Shown here piece after piece: positions 1 through 9,609 of a stretch of DNA of 64,000 nucleotides. The stretch lies in the NCBI GenBank assembly GCA_963753595.1, contig CAVWCX010000003.1, positions 32,001-96,000 on the forward strand, in the 5' to 3' direction. This DNA is from Candidatus Methanoperedenaceae archaeon (GTDB lineage Archaea; Halobacteriota; Methanosarcinia; Methanosarcinales; Methanoperedenaceae). The notes under the pieces are model-generated. The model saw only the letters and a list, made by a program, of their open reading frames with translations, made no database searches and was not told where the DNA came from. The translations under genes and the position numbers were made by a program. Numbering within the stretch: the stretch's first letter is position 1; the number at the start of each line of letters is the position of its first letter.

Positions 1-563
1 CGGGTGAACAGTACAATCAATCAGTCGGAGGATATATTACCCAGATTGATTTGTATGAACAAACTAACCAGACCCAGAATTGGCAGGGCTACTTTGGTAA
101 CGTATCAGGAAATATAACATTGAGTGGCGCTGGCGGTACCGAGATGTATAATTGGACGGTCAATGTCACGAACAGATCTATTTATGCAATAGATAATGCG
201 ACTTTTGCGGCCTGGGACACACTCTTTCCCGCTAATATCACCAACCTTGACGCAATCTGGTTTGGCAGTGAAGTAATGCCAGATACGGTCAAGAATACCT
301 ATAAACCAGGTGATGGAAACAGGACTTTCGTAGATACATCAATAAATGCATCCCATGTGCATACTACAAGTGGTTTTTTAGACCATGTGATCCAGTCTGT
401 TGATACTGATAATGCCAACCTGACTAAAGGGGAAGTATTATGGGCAGCCGTCGTTGTAGACCCCAAACTAAACTACAAAAACCAGTATTCAAACTATGAA
501 TTGCTTGTTCCTGTAAATAAAACCGCACCTAATAAATACTATTTCTACATGGAACTTCCGTAG
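1..563 (+). CDS. Secreted beta-rich surface/filament-like protein, 5' part outside the window
   Basis: Frame open from base 3 (GEQYNQSVGGYITQIDL...QTQNWQGYFGNVSGNITL...YELLVP...YYFYMELP); many N-x-S/T sequons; paralog at 11537-12217. Confidence 0.7.
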   Translation, partial: GEQYNQSVGGYITQIDLYEQTNQTQNWQGYFGNVSGNITLSGAGGTEMYNWTVNVTNRSIYAIDNATFAAWDTLFPANITNLDAIWFGSEVMPDTVKNTYKPGDGNRTFVDTSINASHVHTTSGFLDHVIQSVDTDNANLTKGEVLWAAVVVDPKLNYKNQYSNYELLVPVNKTAPNKYYFYMELP

Positions 564-567
564 GCTT

Positions 568-598
568 AGTTGGATCCTTGATCCAACTTCTTTTTTTT
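568..598 (+). terminator. Hairpin plus T-tract terminator
   Basis: agttggatc-ctt-gatccaact perfect 9-bp stem followed by tcttttttt, just after the stop at 563. Confidence 0.75.
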
Positions 599-638
599 CA
601 GGCGAAGGTTTAATATATAAGAGTATATTATCATAGTA

Positions 639-2381
639 ATGATGAGTTTAACGTACAGATTATTAGTATTATTTTTGCTGGGAATATCGATACTAAGCGC
701 CTCTGCAGCACCCGATCAGGTGGTTATTGATTCCGCAGACTGGCAGGATGTTTACCTTGGGGCACATTATGGCGGTTTTAATAATATAAAATCTAATTTT
801 CTCATAAGCAGTGAAGATGCTTCAATACTCCTTGGAACATTGGATACAACTAAAAAAAACATACTCCTTTTGGAATCTGATAAAGCGCCTCTTGCTTTCA
901 GTTATAAGACCAGCCTTGAAGGCGCTGGTTTTACGGTCGAGGAAATAATTGCCTCAGGAACCGCGCTTAATATGGAGCTTGCTAAAAGGGCAAATACAAG
1001 TGATTTCATAGTTGTAGACGATTCGACCGGATATAATGCCATTTCTATTGCGCCTTATGCTGCCCAGGAAAAATATTTCGTTCTTTTTGCAAATAAAAAA
1101 AATATAGATGAATTATACCCCTTCCTGAAAGCCAATGGTGTAAGTAGGATGATAATTTATGGTTTTTCGGATATAGAGGTCAAAAGCAAACTGGCTGAAT
1201 TCAAACCAGTTGTCATCAATAATGGATCAAGGTTCGATAATAATATTGACCTGTTGAAAAGATATAAAAGCATCCAGCAGCTAACCCTCACAAACGGGGA
1301 ATTTATCGAAGAAGGTATCATGGCAGGAAAACAACCCGTACTTTTGATCGGAAGAGAAAGAGTTCCCGACAGCGTGGTTGAATATATAAAAGAAAGCGGC
1401 ATAAAAAATGGCCTTGTCATCGGAACCGAACTTTCAGGTGTTGCATATCAGTTAAAACATGCAACAAATATGACTGTTTTTGTAAAGTTCGGCCAGGGTT
1501 TAGCAAATGGAGGCTCCTCCGAAGTCAAAGCGCTTGACATGTTCCCTATTCCGAAGTATGAGCTTGCCATTGATATTAATTCGGTTAAATATAATCGGGC
1601 TACAAAGGATCTTGAAGTGACTTATGAAAATAAGGGAAATATGGGGGCATACTTGAGGTCATCGATCGAAATTTTATCTTCAGGAATGAGAATAACAGCC
1701 CTTGGAGACCGGGAATCTGTCTATGTGAACCGCGGCAGCACGTTAACTGTAGCTTATAATACAGAATTGAACGGCCAGAACCTGACTGCAAAATTCACAA
1801 CGATGTTCGGTGAAGTCCCGGGATCGTTTGAACGTATTATTTCTAAGGAAATGAACATTGACATTATAGAGATATCAGATAGTTCATCGCTTAATATTTC
1901 AAAGGTTTCCTATGATAAAAAAGCTCATAAGATAAAGGTGGGGATCACGAATACAGGTGCAGTCAAAGCATATCTCAAGACCCAGGTAAAGTTCCTGGTA
2001 TATGGTGAAGAAACAGTTTTGGCCCAGGATAAAGCATTGCTTCTTGAACCAGGCGCCACAAAGGATGCAGTTTTTATCACAACCTTGAGCGACACAAATA
2101 TTGAAGAGAATCCCGATATCCATGTTCGCGTAAATTATGGTGAGAGAGAATCTTCACTGGTAAAAGTCATTGAAGGGGATTATCCCCTCCAGATATCAAC
2201 TGATTATGTTACCCCGATAATTGTATTAGTCCTGATTATAGTAGTAATATTGTTCCAGATGCAAAAGAAGAAAAAACTTGGGAAGTATTTTAAAAAATCG
2301 AAGGAAGGGAACACAGATGTATCCGATGAAATTGAGAGCACGGATGTACCTGCTACCGAAGATGAAACAAAAAATACCTGA
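639..2381 (+). CDS. Secreted, C-terminally membrane-anchored surface protein (cell-wall-binding-2-like alpha/beta repeats, Ig/CARDB-like domains)
   Basis: Signal peptide; repeated alpha/beta units; beta-sandwich-like C-terminal half; TM helix followed by KKKK. Confidence 0.6.
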   Translation: MMSLTYRLLVLFLLGISILSASAAPDQVVIDSADWQDVYLGAHYGGFNNIKSNFLISSEDASILLGTLDTTKKNILLLESDKAPLAFSYKTSLEGAGFTVEEIIASGTALNMELAKRANTSDFIVVDDSTGYNAISIAPYAAQEKYFVLFANKKNIDELYPFLKANGVSRMIIYGFSDIEVKSKLAEFKPVVINNGSRFDNNIDLLKRYKSIQQLTLTNGEFIEEGIMAGKQPVLLIGRERVPDSVVEYIKESGIKNGLVIGTELSGVAYQLKHATNMTVFVKFGQGLANGGSSEVKALDMFPIPKYELAIDINSVKYNRATKDLEVTYENKGNMGAYLRSSIEILSSGMRITALGDRESVYVNRGSTLTVAYNTELNGQNLTAKFTTMFGEVPGSFERIISKEMNIDIIEISDSSSLNISKVSYDKKAHKIKVGITNTGAVKAYLKTQVKFLVYGEETVLAQDKALLLEPGATKDAVFITTLSDTNIEENPDIHVRVNYGERESSLVKVIEGDYPLQISTDYVTPIIVLVLIIVVILFQMQKKKKLGKYFKKSKEGNTDVSDEIESTDVPATEDETKNT

Positions 2382-2401
2382 CCAAAATTAAATTCTATCT
2401 G

Positions 2402-3373
2402 TCATCGGTTAAGCCCGCCAGTCATCTTTGAACCGATATCTTTTGATTTGAGGTTAATTGCTATAATTATTTTTCCGATAACGATGAAAATAACAACACC
2501 AATTGCTACCTGTAAGGGATATAATAGAAGCATTCCTCTGGGAATAATAGTCGGTAACAATGATATCGCTGCGGCAGGAGGAAAGACAAATTGCATCCGA
2601 TGGAATAAAAACAGAATCCATATAACAATGCATCCAGCTGTAATCCATAAAGGCCAATTTAATAAAAAGTGAGTTACTTCAACCCACAGTATCCCTGAAA
2701 TGGATGCAAGCAAAAGCAACAAGAGAAGATGTACCGGCTTTTGGCAGACCTGGCCGCAGGGATGTGCAAATTCAATAAATGTAACGATCAATGGTGGTGA
2801 TATAATATAAATCCATTTTGATTGAAAAGCAATTATTAAAACAAAAACGACCCCGATAAAAAGCATTAACCAGTGAATGGGTTTCAGTGTTTCCCGGGTT
2901 TTTCGCTCCTCTTTATTTAAATATAAAGCGGCTGAATGCTCACTAAAATGAAAGCGAGCCAACAAACCCCTGCTGGCATAGACGCACCCTGAGAATATGA
3001 AGACAGAAAGCGGATAATAAAGACTGTCGAAATTTAAAAAAATCGGTAGAATAGCGGCTGATATCGATGGTAAAACGTTCGAACGCAACAGGTATAACTG
3101 CAAGCCGACAAGGAGAAAAGTAAAAGCAATTAGAATTTCGGGATCATAAGGCAGAAAGTGAAGTACTCCTACACCGGTTATTGCAGCTAAAGTGGGCGAC
3201 AAACATAAGTAAAGAGGTTTATCTGCCAATGGTGAATTCTCTATCAACCAGGCCGCAATAATTAAAGTTGCGATTTCAGGAAAAATAATTTCTTCGCCAA
3301 TAGTCGCAGATGCTACAAAGAACATAACAACTACTAACAAAACTGCTGCAAGGGGCGCTATCATTCTTTTCAT
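2402..3373 (-). CDS. HPP-family integral membrane protein
   Basis: Multi-TM; two repeats with PEIA/SPPL and LPSISA/FPPAAA motifs. Confidence 0.6.
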   Translation of the reverse strand: MKRMIAPLAAVLLVVVMFFVASATIGEEIIFPEIATLIIAAWLIENSPLADKPLYLCLSPTLAAITGVGVLHFLPYDPEILIAFTFLLVGLQLYLLRSNVLPSISAAILPIFLNFDSLYYPLSVFIFSGCVYASRGLLARFHFSEHSAALYLNKEERKTRETLKPIHWLMLFIGVVFVLIIAFQSKWIYIISPPLIVTFIEFAHPCGQVCQKPVHLLLLLLLASISGILWVEVTHFLLNWPLWITAGCIVIWILFLFHRMQFVFPPAAAISLLPTIIPRGMLLLYPLQVAIGVVIFIVIGKIIIAINLKSKDIGSKMTGGLNR

Positions 3374-3417
3374 TTTATAATTCTATACCAGACTGTGAAA
3401 TCATTATGGAGCCTCGG

Positions 3418-4056
3418 TTATTTTCCTGCAAGCATCTCCCTGATTTTTTGTCCTGTTTCTTTTGCTTTCTCAATGACATCCTTTTGGTCTTCTATTGCAA
3501 TATATTTATCCTTTGATGGCACAGCTCCTTTGCCGAACAACAGCGGAACTCCGCTTATTTTGCAGGCGCCTCCATATCCGCATGAAAGGCAGGCGATGTT
3601 TCCTGTTCCGCTTACTTTCCCGACAACATTGATCCCTTCCATTTGCATAAAAGCAGCGATCTGGTCAGCGGCCTGGTCTACGCTTGGTATTCCCCGCCCG
3701 ACCCCGACTGCTACTGCCGCTCCAATTTTACCTTTATTGAGCATTCTTTGATGATGCATGGAATACATGCGTTCAGTCAGCATTTTTGTTCTTGAGTCAA
3801 GAGTACCATAGGTAGGATATCCGCCAATAACAAGAGCTGCACATTCTTTGATCTTATTTTCAATGATATGCCAGTCGTCCTGCTGCCTGCAAATGTTGTC
3901 CCTGGCACAGCCAAGGCACGCCCTGCACGGATGTATATCGTATTCTGAAAGTTTAACGAATTCATAATCAAGACCCGTTGCTTCAAGAACTGTTTTGACC
4001 AGCCTGTCGGTATTACTGTTTTTAACAGGGCTTCCGCTTATTCCTAACACTTGCAT
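3418..4056 (-). CDS. Iron-sulfur flavoprotein (Isf/flavodoxin-like)
   Basis: GISGSPVKNSNT FMN motif; CxxCxxCx5C; extra CxxCx5C motif. Confidence 0.85.
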   Translation of the reverse strand: MQVLGISGSPVKNSNTDRLVKTVLEATGLDYEFVKLSEYDIHPCRACLGCARDNICRQQDDWHIIENKIKECAALVIGGYPTYGTLDSRTKMLTERMYSMHHQRMLNKGKIGAAVAVGVGRGIPSVDQAADQIAAFMQMEGINVVGKVSGTGNIACLSCGYGGACKISGVPLLFGKGAVPSKDKYIAIEDQKDVIEKAKETGQKIREMLAGK

Positions 4057-4784
4057 TTTGAATCGCCTGCTGTTTTCCTGCTGTTCTTGATCCTCTCTTT
4101 AATAAGTCTCCCGATCCTTTCAGCTTCTGCCATTACTTCGGGTTCATCCTTCACAGACCTATAACTTTTCAGGATCCTGGCAGAACCATGCTGGTATGGC
4201 TTGTTATCAGGCAGCAGTTCAAGATATCCTTTATATGCCTCTTCAACGCCAAGGTTCATCCCGGTCAATTCTTTCGAGTATGCGTTCCAGACAGTATAAT
4301 TGCACGTCTCACCGGGCCCGCACACAAAACAGCATGGCGTACCTTTTGCTGTCATACCCCCGACTATCTCCATGCCCCCGGCGCGAAGACCATTTCCCAG
4401 CCATTCACCAACCATTTTTTCAGCAGCCACTCCGACAGCGACTGTTGCGGCAAGTTTCCCCCCTGTAAGGAGTTTTACGTGCCTTTTTGAATAAAGCCGC
4501 TCTATGAACGCTTTTGTAAAAGCGCTTGCTGCGCCGTAGAATGTTGATGAACCGACAACGATAGCATCTGCTTCCATTACCTTTTTTGAAAGCCATTTGA
4601 AATCGTCATTGATTATGCATTCATTGGTCTGGACGCATTTCATACATGCGATGCAGGGACCTACTTTTATAGATGAGAGCTTGAAAAACTCGGTTTGTGC
4701 GCCTGTGGCGTCAAGTATTGCTTTTACCAGCGTATCTGTGTTGCTGTCCTTTGTCGGACTGCCGCTTATTCCTATAACTTTCAT
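4044..4784 (-). CDS. Iron-sulfur flavoprotein (Isf/flavodoxin-like)
   Basis: GISGSPTKDSNT; CIACMKCVQTNEC; second CCFVCGPGETC motif. Confidence 0.85.
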   Translation of the reverse strand: MKVIGISGSPTKDSNTDTLVKAILDATGAQTEFFKLSSIKVGPCIACMKCVQTNECIINDDFKWLSKKVMEADAIVVGSSTFYGAASAFTKAFIERLYSKRHVKLLTGGKLAATVAVGVAAEKMVGEWLGNGLRAGGMEIVGGMTAKGTPCCFVCGPGETCNYTVWNAYSKELTGMNLGVEEAYKGYLELLPDNKPYQHGSARILKSYRSVKDEPEVMAEAERIGRLIKERIKNSRKTAGDSKCKC

Positions 4785-4813
4785 AAAATATACCTCTTAA
4801 ACCAATTTCTTAT

Positions 4814-5351
4814 CTAAGTCAGCGGTACAGCAAGAGAATCCAGGAATTTATTGTAACCTGTGAACAGTTCCATGACTCCAAGCACCTCTACGATCTGGCT
4901 GTCTGTAAGACCAAGGGATTTTAGTTCATCTGTTTCAGCGTCGGTAATCTTATGCGGAGTGAGCGTCGCTTTCTTTGCATATTCCAGGATCTTTTTGTCC
5001 CCGGGCGAAATCAGGGGACTTTCAATGTTTTTTGTCAGGTCATCTATTCTTTCCTGGCTGAATCCCATCATCGAAAGCGCCATTGAGTGTGAAGCCCACA
5101 GTATTTACAGCTATTTGCCGCAGATACAACTACTGCTATCTGTTCCTTAAGCTCCCGCGGGGAGGTCCCCGCCCATCAGCAATACCTTTGTCTTTTCCCA
5201 GTTCACTTTGCAGAAGCGCCGGGAAGTGGGCATAGGTCTTGAAAAGGTTCGGGACCATTCCGAAAGCTGCTTCTATATCTTTATAGACCGCTCCGACTTC
5301 GTCACTTGATTCGTAATTTTCTATAAGTTTTATTCTTTTCATGTTGATCAC
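4814..5351 (-). pseudogene. AhpD/carboxymuconolactone decarboxylase-family (peroxidase-related) protein, frameshifted
   Basis: Pieces in different frames join to ...FGMVPNLFKTYAHFP..VNWEKTKVLLMGG..RELKEQIAVVVSAANSCKYC..SHSMAL...; three indels at about 5095-5210. Confidence 0.75.
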
Positions 5352-5375
5352 TTTTTAAGATAAAATAAACAGGGC

Positions 5376-5615
5376 CTAGAGCCCTGCTCTTTCAACGATT
5401 ACATCCGCAACCTTTTTTGCGTTCTTAAAAGGAAAATCGCTTGCTTTCAGCAGTTTTCCTGCCTGGCCTGCCGTTACTTCAAGGTCGCCTGCCTTGCATG
5501 TGGTATTGGCGCCGTCCGGGAATGCAGACAGGAGCTGTTCCGGCGTTTTTATCGGGAACTTTGCGCCTGCAAGTCCTCCTACGATCTGTGCATGAATCTC
5601 TTCTTTTACGCTCAT
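5376..5615 (-). CDS. MTH865-family protein
   Basis: GAKFPIKTPEQLLSAFPDG...AGKLLKASDFPF signature, 79 aa. Confidence 0.8.
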   Translation of the reverse strand: MSVKEEIHAQIVGGLAGAKFPIKTPEQLLSAFPDGANTTCKAGDLEVTAGQAGKLLKASDFPFKNAKKVADVIVERAGL

Positions 5616-5776
5616 GATTTTTCCTCCGTCATTGCTTTTATCTCACCTGCTGTTTTTGAGATAGGGCAGCCGCTGGCATGTTTTTCACATTTGAAACATG
5701 CGCTTTTTACGGCATCTAACGACTTCTGCGCTTCTTCTTTTGTTACTTTTTTGTTTGTATATTTCCATTCAGGCAT
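5612..5776 (-). CDS. 54-aa Cys-containing small protein (not in the ORF track)
   Basis: MPEWKYTNKKVTKEEAQKSLDAVKSACFKCEKHASGCPISKTAGEIKAMTEEKS; GAGGTGA RBS; ATGA overlap with the MTH865 gene. Confidence 0.75.
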   Translation of the reverse strand: MPEWKYTNKKVTKEEAQKSLDAVKSACFKCEKHASGCPISKTAGEIKAMTEEKS

Positions 5777-5923
5777 TTAATTCACCTCGATTACATATTG
5801 ACAGGTTATTGACATATACTTAGCCGTCATAAAACTATACCAACTACATTTTAATATACAAATATGACCTTTAAGGTTGTAATAGAAACCTTTTTAGCCT
5901 GATAAGACAAAACAACTTCTTAT

Positions 5924-6763
5924 ATGGTAAATAAAAAGGAGGACTCTTACAAAGAGATCCTCGAAATAAAAAAAAAGCTGTATGAGATACATAATGACAT
6001 GAAGCGATTTGTTGAGCAGTCAAGCCAGCAGCATCTTGAACATGTACTTTCGGGCTCCCGTACTAATTTTACGAATGCGATCATCGGGCATGTTCTTGAT
6101 GATATCGAAGGCGGTCTTGAAAGTAATATGGTCAAAAAATGCCAGATGCGGGATACCTGCAAATCCAACTTCACAGGATTCCTGCAAAAGAATGCAAGCC
6201 TGATAAACAATGAAAAGGTCGATGAAGATATTATTTTGAAAAACCAGTCGGATCTAAACGGTATGAGGAGCAGTGCCCCATCGAAGCAATGCGAGAAATG
6301 TTTTTCAAATGTCCAGACGCTTTTCGGGAAGCAGGTCGATCTGATGCGGTCACTGCAAATCTATAACACAGATAAAGAAAAGAAACAGGATATATTAGTA
6401 TTGCCTGACGAACTGGTTGTTAATGACATACTTGAGCCGATATCCAATAAACAGCGCCTTCAAATAATGAAAGCAATAGCAATAGAGACAAAAACCTTTT
6501 CAGCGCTTTCCGGACTCACAGGACTCAGGGGAGGGAATTTACTTTTCCATTTGCAAAAACTGCTTGACAGCGGAATGATCTTACAGCGCCATGAGCGGGG
6601 AGACTATATGATCACGGATAAGGGATTCAAGGTCTTAAGAAGTATAGGTGATATGTATTCAGTATTGAACCCTGAATTTAATGTATTCAGATATAAGGTG
6701 AAGTTATGGATACTTTGGATAATGAAAATAAGACGGAATTCCAGACCGTGGAAGAGCTTATGA
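5924..6763 (+). CDS. ArsR-like winged-helix regulator with Cys-containing N-terminal domain
   Basis: C-terminal wHTH (LEPISNKQRLQIM...GGNLLFHLQKL...GDYMITDKG); CQMRDTC and CEKC motifs; 3' end overlaps the next gene. Confidence 0.75.
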   Translation: MVNKKEDSYKEILEIKKKLYEIHNDMKRFVEQSSQQHLEHVLSGSRTNFTNAIIGHVLDDIEGGLESNMVKKCQMRDTCKSNFTGFLQKNASLINNEKVDEDIILKNQSDLNGMRSSAPSKQCEKCFSNVQTLFGKQVDLMRSLQIYNTDKEKKQDILVLPDELVVNDILEPISNKQRLQIMKAIAIETKTFSALSGLTGLRGGNLLFHLQKLLDSGMILQRHERGDYMITDKGFKVLRSIGDMYSVLNPEFNVFRYKVKLWILWIMKIRRNSRPWKSL

Positions 6764-7149
6764 TGACCCCTGCGCCTGAATTCAATGATGTTATGCGCTG
6801 CGTTTTTAAGATAAAGGATTATGAGATCGAGGTATATTTTTATCTTCTTGACCATCCCGGATCTGCTATCGCTGAAGTTTCAGAGTCTCTTAAAAAGGAT
6901 AGAAGTTCAATCCAGCGCTCACTTCAGACATTGATGGATAAAGGTATGATTGAACGAAAATTCAGGGTACTGGGCGCTGGCGGGTTTACTTATATTTACA
7001 CATCTGTCCCGATTGAGGAAACAAAAATGATAATGAACAGGGAACTTAATGTCTGGTACAGGATGATGGGACAGCTCGTAACCAATTTTGAAAAACATGA
7101 TCAGGTGTGCTTATTTTGCTCACAACCTGAAGAAGGATATTATCTATAA
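6706..7149 (+). CDS. TrmB-like HTH transcriptional regulator
   Basis: EVYFYLL...IAEVSESLKKDRSSIQRSLQTLMDKGMIER...GGFTYIY; C-terminal CLFC. Confidence 0.75.
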   Translation: MDTLDNENKTEFQTVEELMMTPAPEFNDVMRCVFKIKDYEIEVYFYLLDHPGSAIAEVSESLKKDRSSIQRSLQTLMDKGMIERKFRVLGAGGFTYIYTSVPIEETKMIMNRELNVWYRMMGQLVTNFEKHDQVCLFCSQPEEGYYL

Positions 7150-7198
7150 GGTAAATATAGAATTTGTCTGAAAAAGGCATTAAACAGGAGTAAAGAAT

Positions 7199-7555
7199 AT
7201 GATAAAAGTAGCAATTGTAGTTTTAGCAGATACGGAAACGCATGGGGATATGGCCAGAGTTCACAATGCACTTCTGGCAGCAAAAGAATTCAAAGATGCA
7301 AAAGATGAATTTAAGCTCATCTTTGACGGGGCTGGAACCAAATGGATCAAAGAACTTTCCAAACAGGACCATATGTTTCATGAGTTGTTTGATTCAGTAA
7401 AAGGCAAATCAACAGGAGTTTGCAGTTTTTGTGCCGGTGGTTTTGGTGTCAAAGAGTGTGCAGTAGAATCTCACATTTCTCTCAGTGAAGAATATGAGGG
7501 ACATCCGAGCTTCAGGGAATTGATAGCAGAGGGTTACCAGATAATTACATTCTGA
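7199..7555 (+). CDS. DsrE-family protein
   Basis: LIFDGAGTKW, GVCSFCA, GYQIITF end. Confidence 0.75.
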   Translation: MIKVAIVVLADTETHGDMARVHNALLAAKEFKDAKDEFKLIFDGAGTKWIKELSKQDHMFHELFDSVKGKSTGVCSFCAGGFGVKECAVESHISLSEEYEGHPSFRELIAEGYQIITF

Positions 7556-7597
7556 GTCCAGAATGCTCATTGAAAAATCGATTGAGCGGATTTATTT

Positions 7598-7984
7598 TTA
7601 AGTCCGTGTTTTTAATAATTCACTCTTTTTTTTGCTTTTTTGCTTTTTTTCTTTAACACAATCCTTGAAAACGGGTTCAAACATATTGCAGAAATATTCA
7701 AATGCCTTTTTTGATGTTATTGTGCCCTTTTCTGTTAGGGAATAAATAATATTCCTCCCGTCTTTCTGTGATGTTACAAGACCATTATTCTGCAGATGTT
7801 TTAAAGCAGGATATATCGTTCCCGGAGTGGGTTTGTTTCCTTTCATTTTTTCAAGTTCCTGCGCAATCTCCTCGCCGTACATGGGTCTTTTTGAGAGAAA
7901 CCACATAATCAAAAACGATAGCATCCCCCTCATATCACAGCATTCCGGTGCACATATTTCTTCATGGCAATTATCATCTGTCAC
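7598..7984 (-). CDS. PadR-family transcriptional regulator
   Basis: MYGEEIA...PGTIYPAL...YSLTEKG; Cys-rich N-terminus (CHEEICAPECC). Confidence 0.85.
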   Translation of the reverse strand: MTDDNCHEEICAPECCDMRGMLSFLIMWFLSKRPMYGEEIAQELEKMKGNKPTPGTIYPALKHLQNNGLVTSQKDGRNIIYSLTEKGTITSKKAFEYFCNMFEPVFKDCVKEKKQKSKKKSELLKTRT

Positions 7985-8075
7985 TGGCTGGTATTGGATG
8001 TCCGATATATTTAAATATTATTATTGGGTATGCGATACATCTGATCTTAACAGGGTCAGTTCAAAGAGGAATAAT

Positions 8076-8756
8076 ATGAAGATATTAGGAATTGTAGGCA
8101 GTCCGAGAAAAGGCAGCAGCACTGACCTTCTTGTGGACATGGTATTAAAAGGAGCAATATCCAAAGGAGCAGAAGTTGAAAAAATAAACATTAGTGATCT
8201 GAATATTGCATTTTGTACCGGGTGTATGGAATGCAGGCAAAATGGTGTTTGCAGAATAACAAAAGAGGATTCTGATGATGATCTTGCCATGATAATTGAA
8301 AAAATAACGGAGGCTGAAGGGCTTGTGCTGGCATCCCCGGTATATATGCGGTATGTCACTGGACAGTTTAAAAATTTATTTGACAGGCTGGTATCACAGA
8401 TAATCATTACACCTGGAAAAAATCCTCCTGAAATTAAATGCCGTATCCCGGGGAAGAGGAATAGTATTGTCATTGCAGCCTGCGGGAACCCGGATATTAA
8501 AATGGCAACTGAGACGCTGGAATTCCTGAAGAATGCAGCATTCGTGTACGGTAACGGCGGGACTGTTGTTTCGGAACTGGCAGCAGGAGGTTTAATGCTT
8601 CCGGGGCAGATAAATGCAGATAAAAGAACACTATCGGGTTTGGCATCAAATCTCAATATCCCTGAACCAGCAGTGGATAATATGATGAAACAATATAAAT
8701 CGATTAAGGAACAGGCATACCAGGGCGGGCAGAAGCTTGCATTATTAAAAAGGTAA
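8076..8756 (+). CDS. Iron-sulfur flavoprotein (Isf)
   Basis: Start reassigned to ATG 8076 after GAGGA; GIVGSPRKGSST, CTGCMECRQNGVC, ASPVY. Confidence 0.85.
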   Translation: MKILGIVGSPRKGSSTDLLVDMVLKGAISKGAEVEKINISDLNIAFCTGCMECRQNGVCRITKEDSDDDLAMIIEKITEAEGLVLASPVYMRYVTGQFKNLFDRLVSQIIITPGKNPPEIKCRIPGKRNSIVIAACGNPDIKMATETLEFLKNAAFVYGNGGTVVSELAAGGLMLPGQINADKRTLSGLASNLNIPEPAVDNMMKQYKSIKEQAYQGGQKLALLKR

Positions 8757-8761
8757 TTTTT

Positions 8762-9427
8762 ATGGATGTTACCGATGCCCTGTATTCACGTTATAGCGCC
8801 AGGGCTTTTAAACCCGATTCAGTTGAGAAAGAAACAATCATCAAGATTCTGGAAGCTGCAACCCACTCACCCTCATGGGCTAATACACAGCCATGGGAAA
8901 TATTCGTCGCTGGCGGGGATGCTTTGAACAGGTTGCGCCATGCCTATTTAGAAAATTTTCATAAAAGTTTATCCGGCGAATCGGATATACCAAGGCCGCA
9001 ACAATGGCCTCCTGCCCTGCAAAAGCGCATGGAAGAACTGGGAGCGGAACGCTTTAAAACTGCAGGTATAGGGCGAGATGATATAGTTGCAAGGCAGGCA
9101 ATCTTTGAGGCGAACTATAGGTTTTTCGGGGCACCAGCGGTCATATACCTGTGCATGGATCGCACCCTTACACGATGGTCAATATTTGATATCGGAATGC
9201 TGGCTCAGAGCATTATGCTGGCGGCACAGCAGTATGGCCTGGGCTCGATTCCTGCTTATGTTCTAGCGTCTTATCCTGATCTGATCCGCGCCGAACTGAA
9301 AATCACGGATGACCTGTCAATCATAATTGGAATTGCGCTTGGCTACAGCGATGCACAACATCCGCAGAATAAGTTCAGAAGTCCCAGGCGACCCATACAG
9401 GAAGCTGTCAGGTTTAAGGGCTTCTAA
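8762..9427 (+). CDS. Nitroreductase family protein
   Basis: SRYSARAF, SPSWANTQPW, GIALGY. Confidence 0.9.
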   Translation: MDVTDALYSRYSARAFKPDSVEKETIIKILEAATHSPSWANTQPWEIFVAGGDALNRLRHAYLENFHKSLSGESDIPRPQQWPPALQKRMEELGAERFKTAGIGRDDIVARQAIFEANYRFFGAPAVIYLCMDRTLTRWSIFDIGMLAQSIMLAAQQYGLGSIPAYVLASYPDLIRAELKITDDLSIIIGIALGYSDAQHPQNKFRSPRRPIQEAVRFKGF

Positions 9428-9609
9428 TCCTGCATTTTTGAAAGGTCAACGGAAACCAGAACATGGATTACATCCGTTAACAAATGAACGTGAAGGCTTG
9501 TATATAAAAGTATATAGTTAGTATATTTTTATAACGGCTAAGTATATAAACCATTTCCGGCTAATTAATAGACTGGGAAATTCGAAATAAAATTATTGGG
9601 AGGTAAAAT

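Noticed and set aside
7827-8075. N-terminal extension of the Isf ORF in the track
   Set aside because: Overlaps the divergent padR; the RBS and family start are at 8076.
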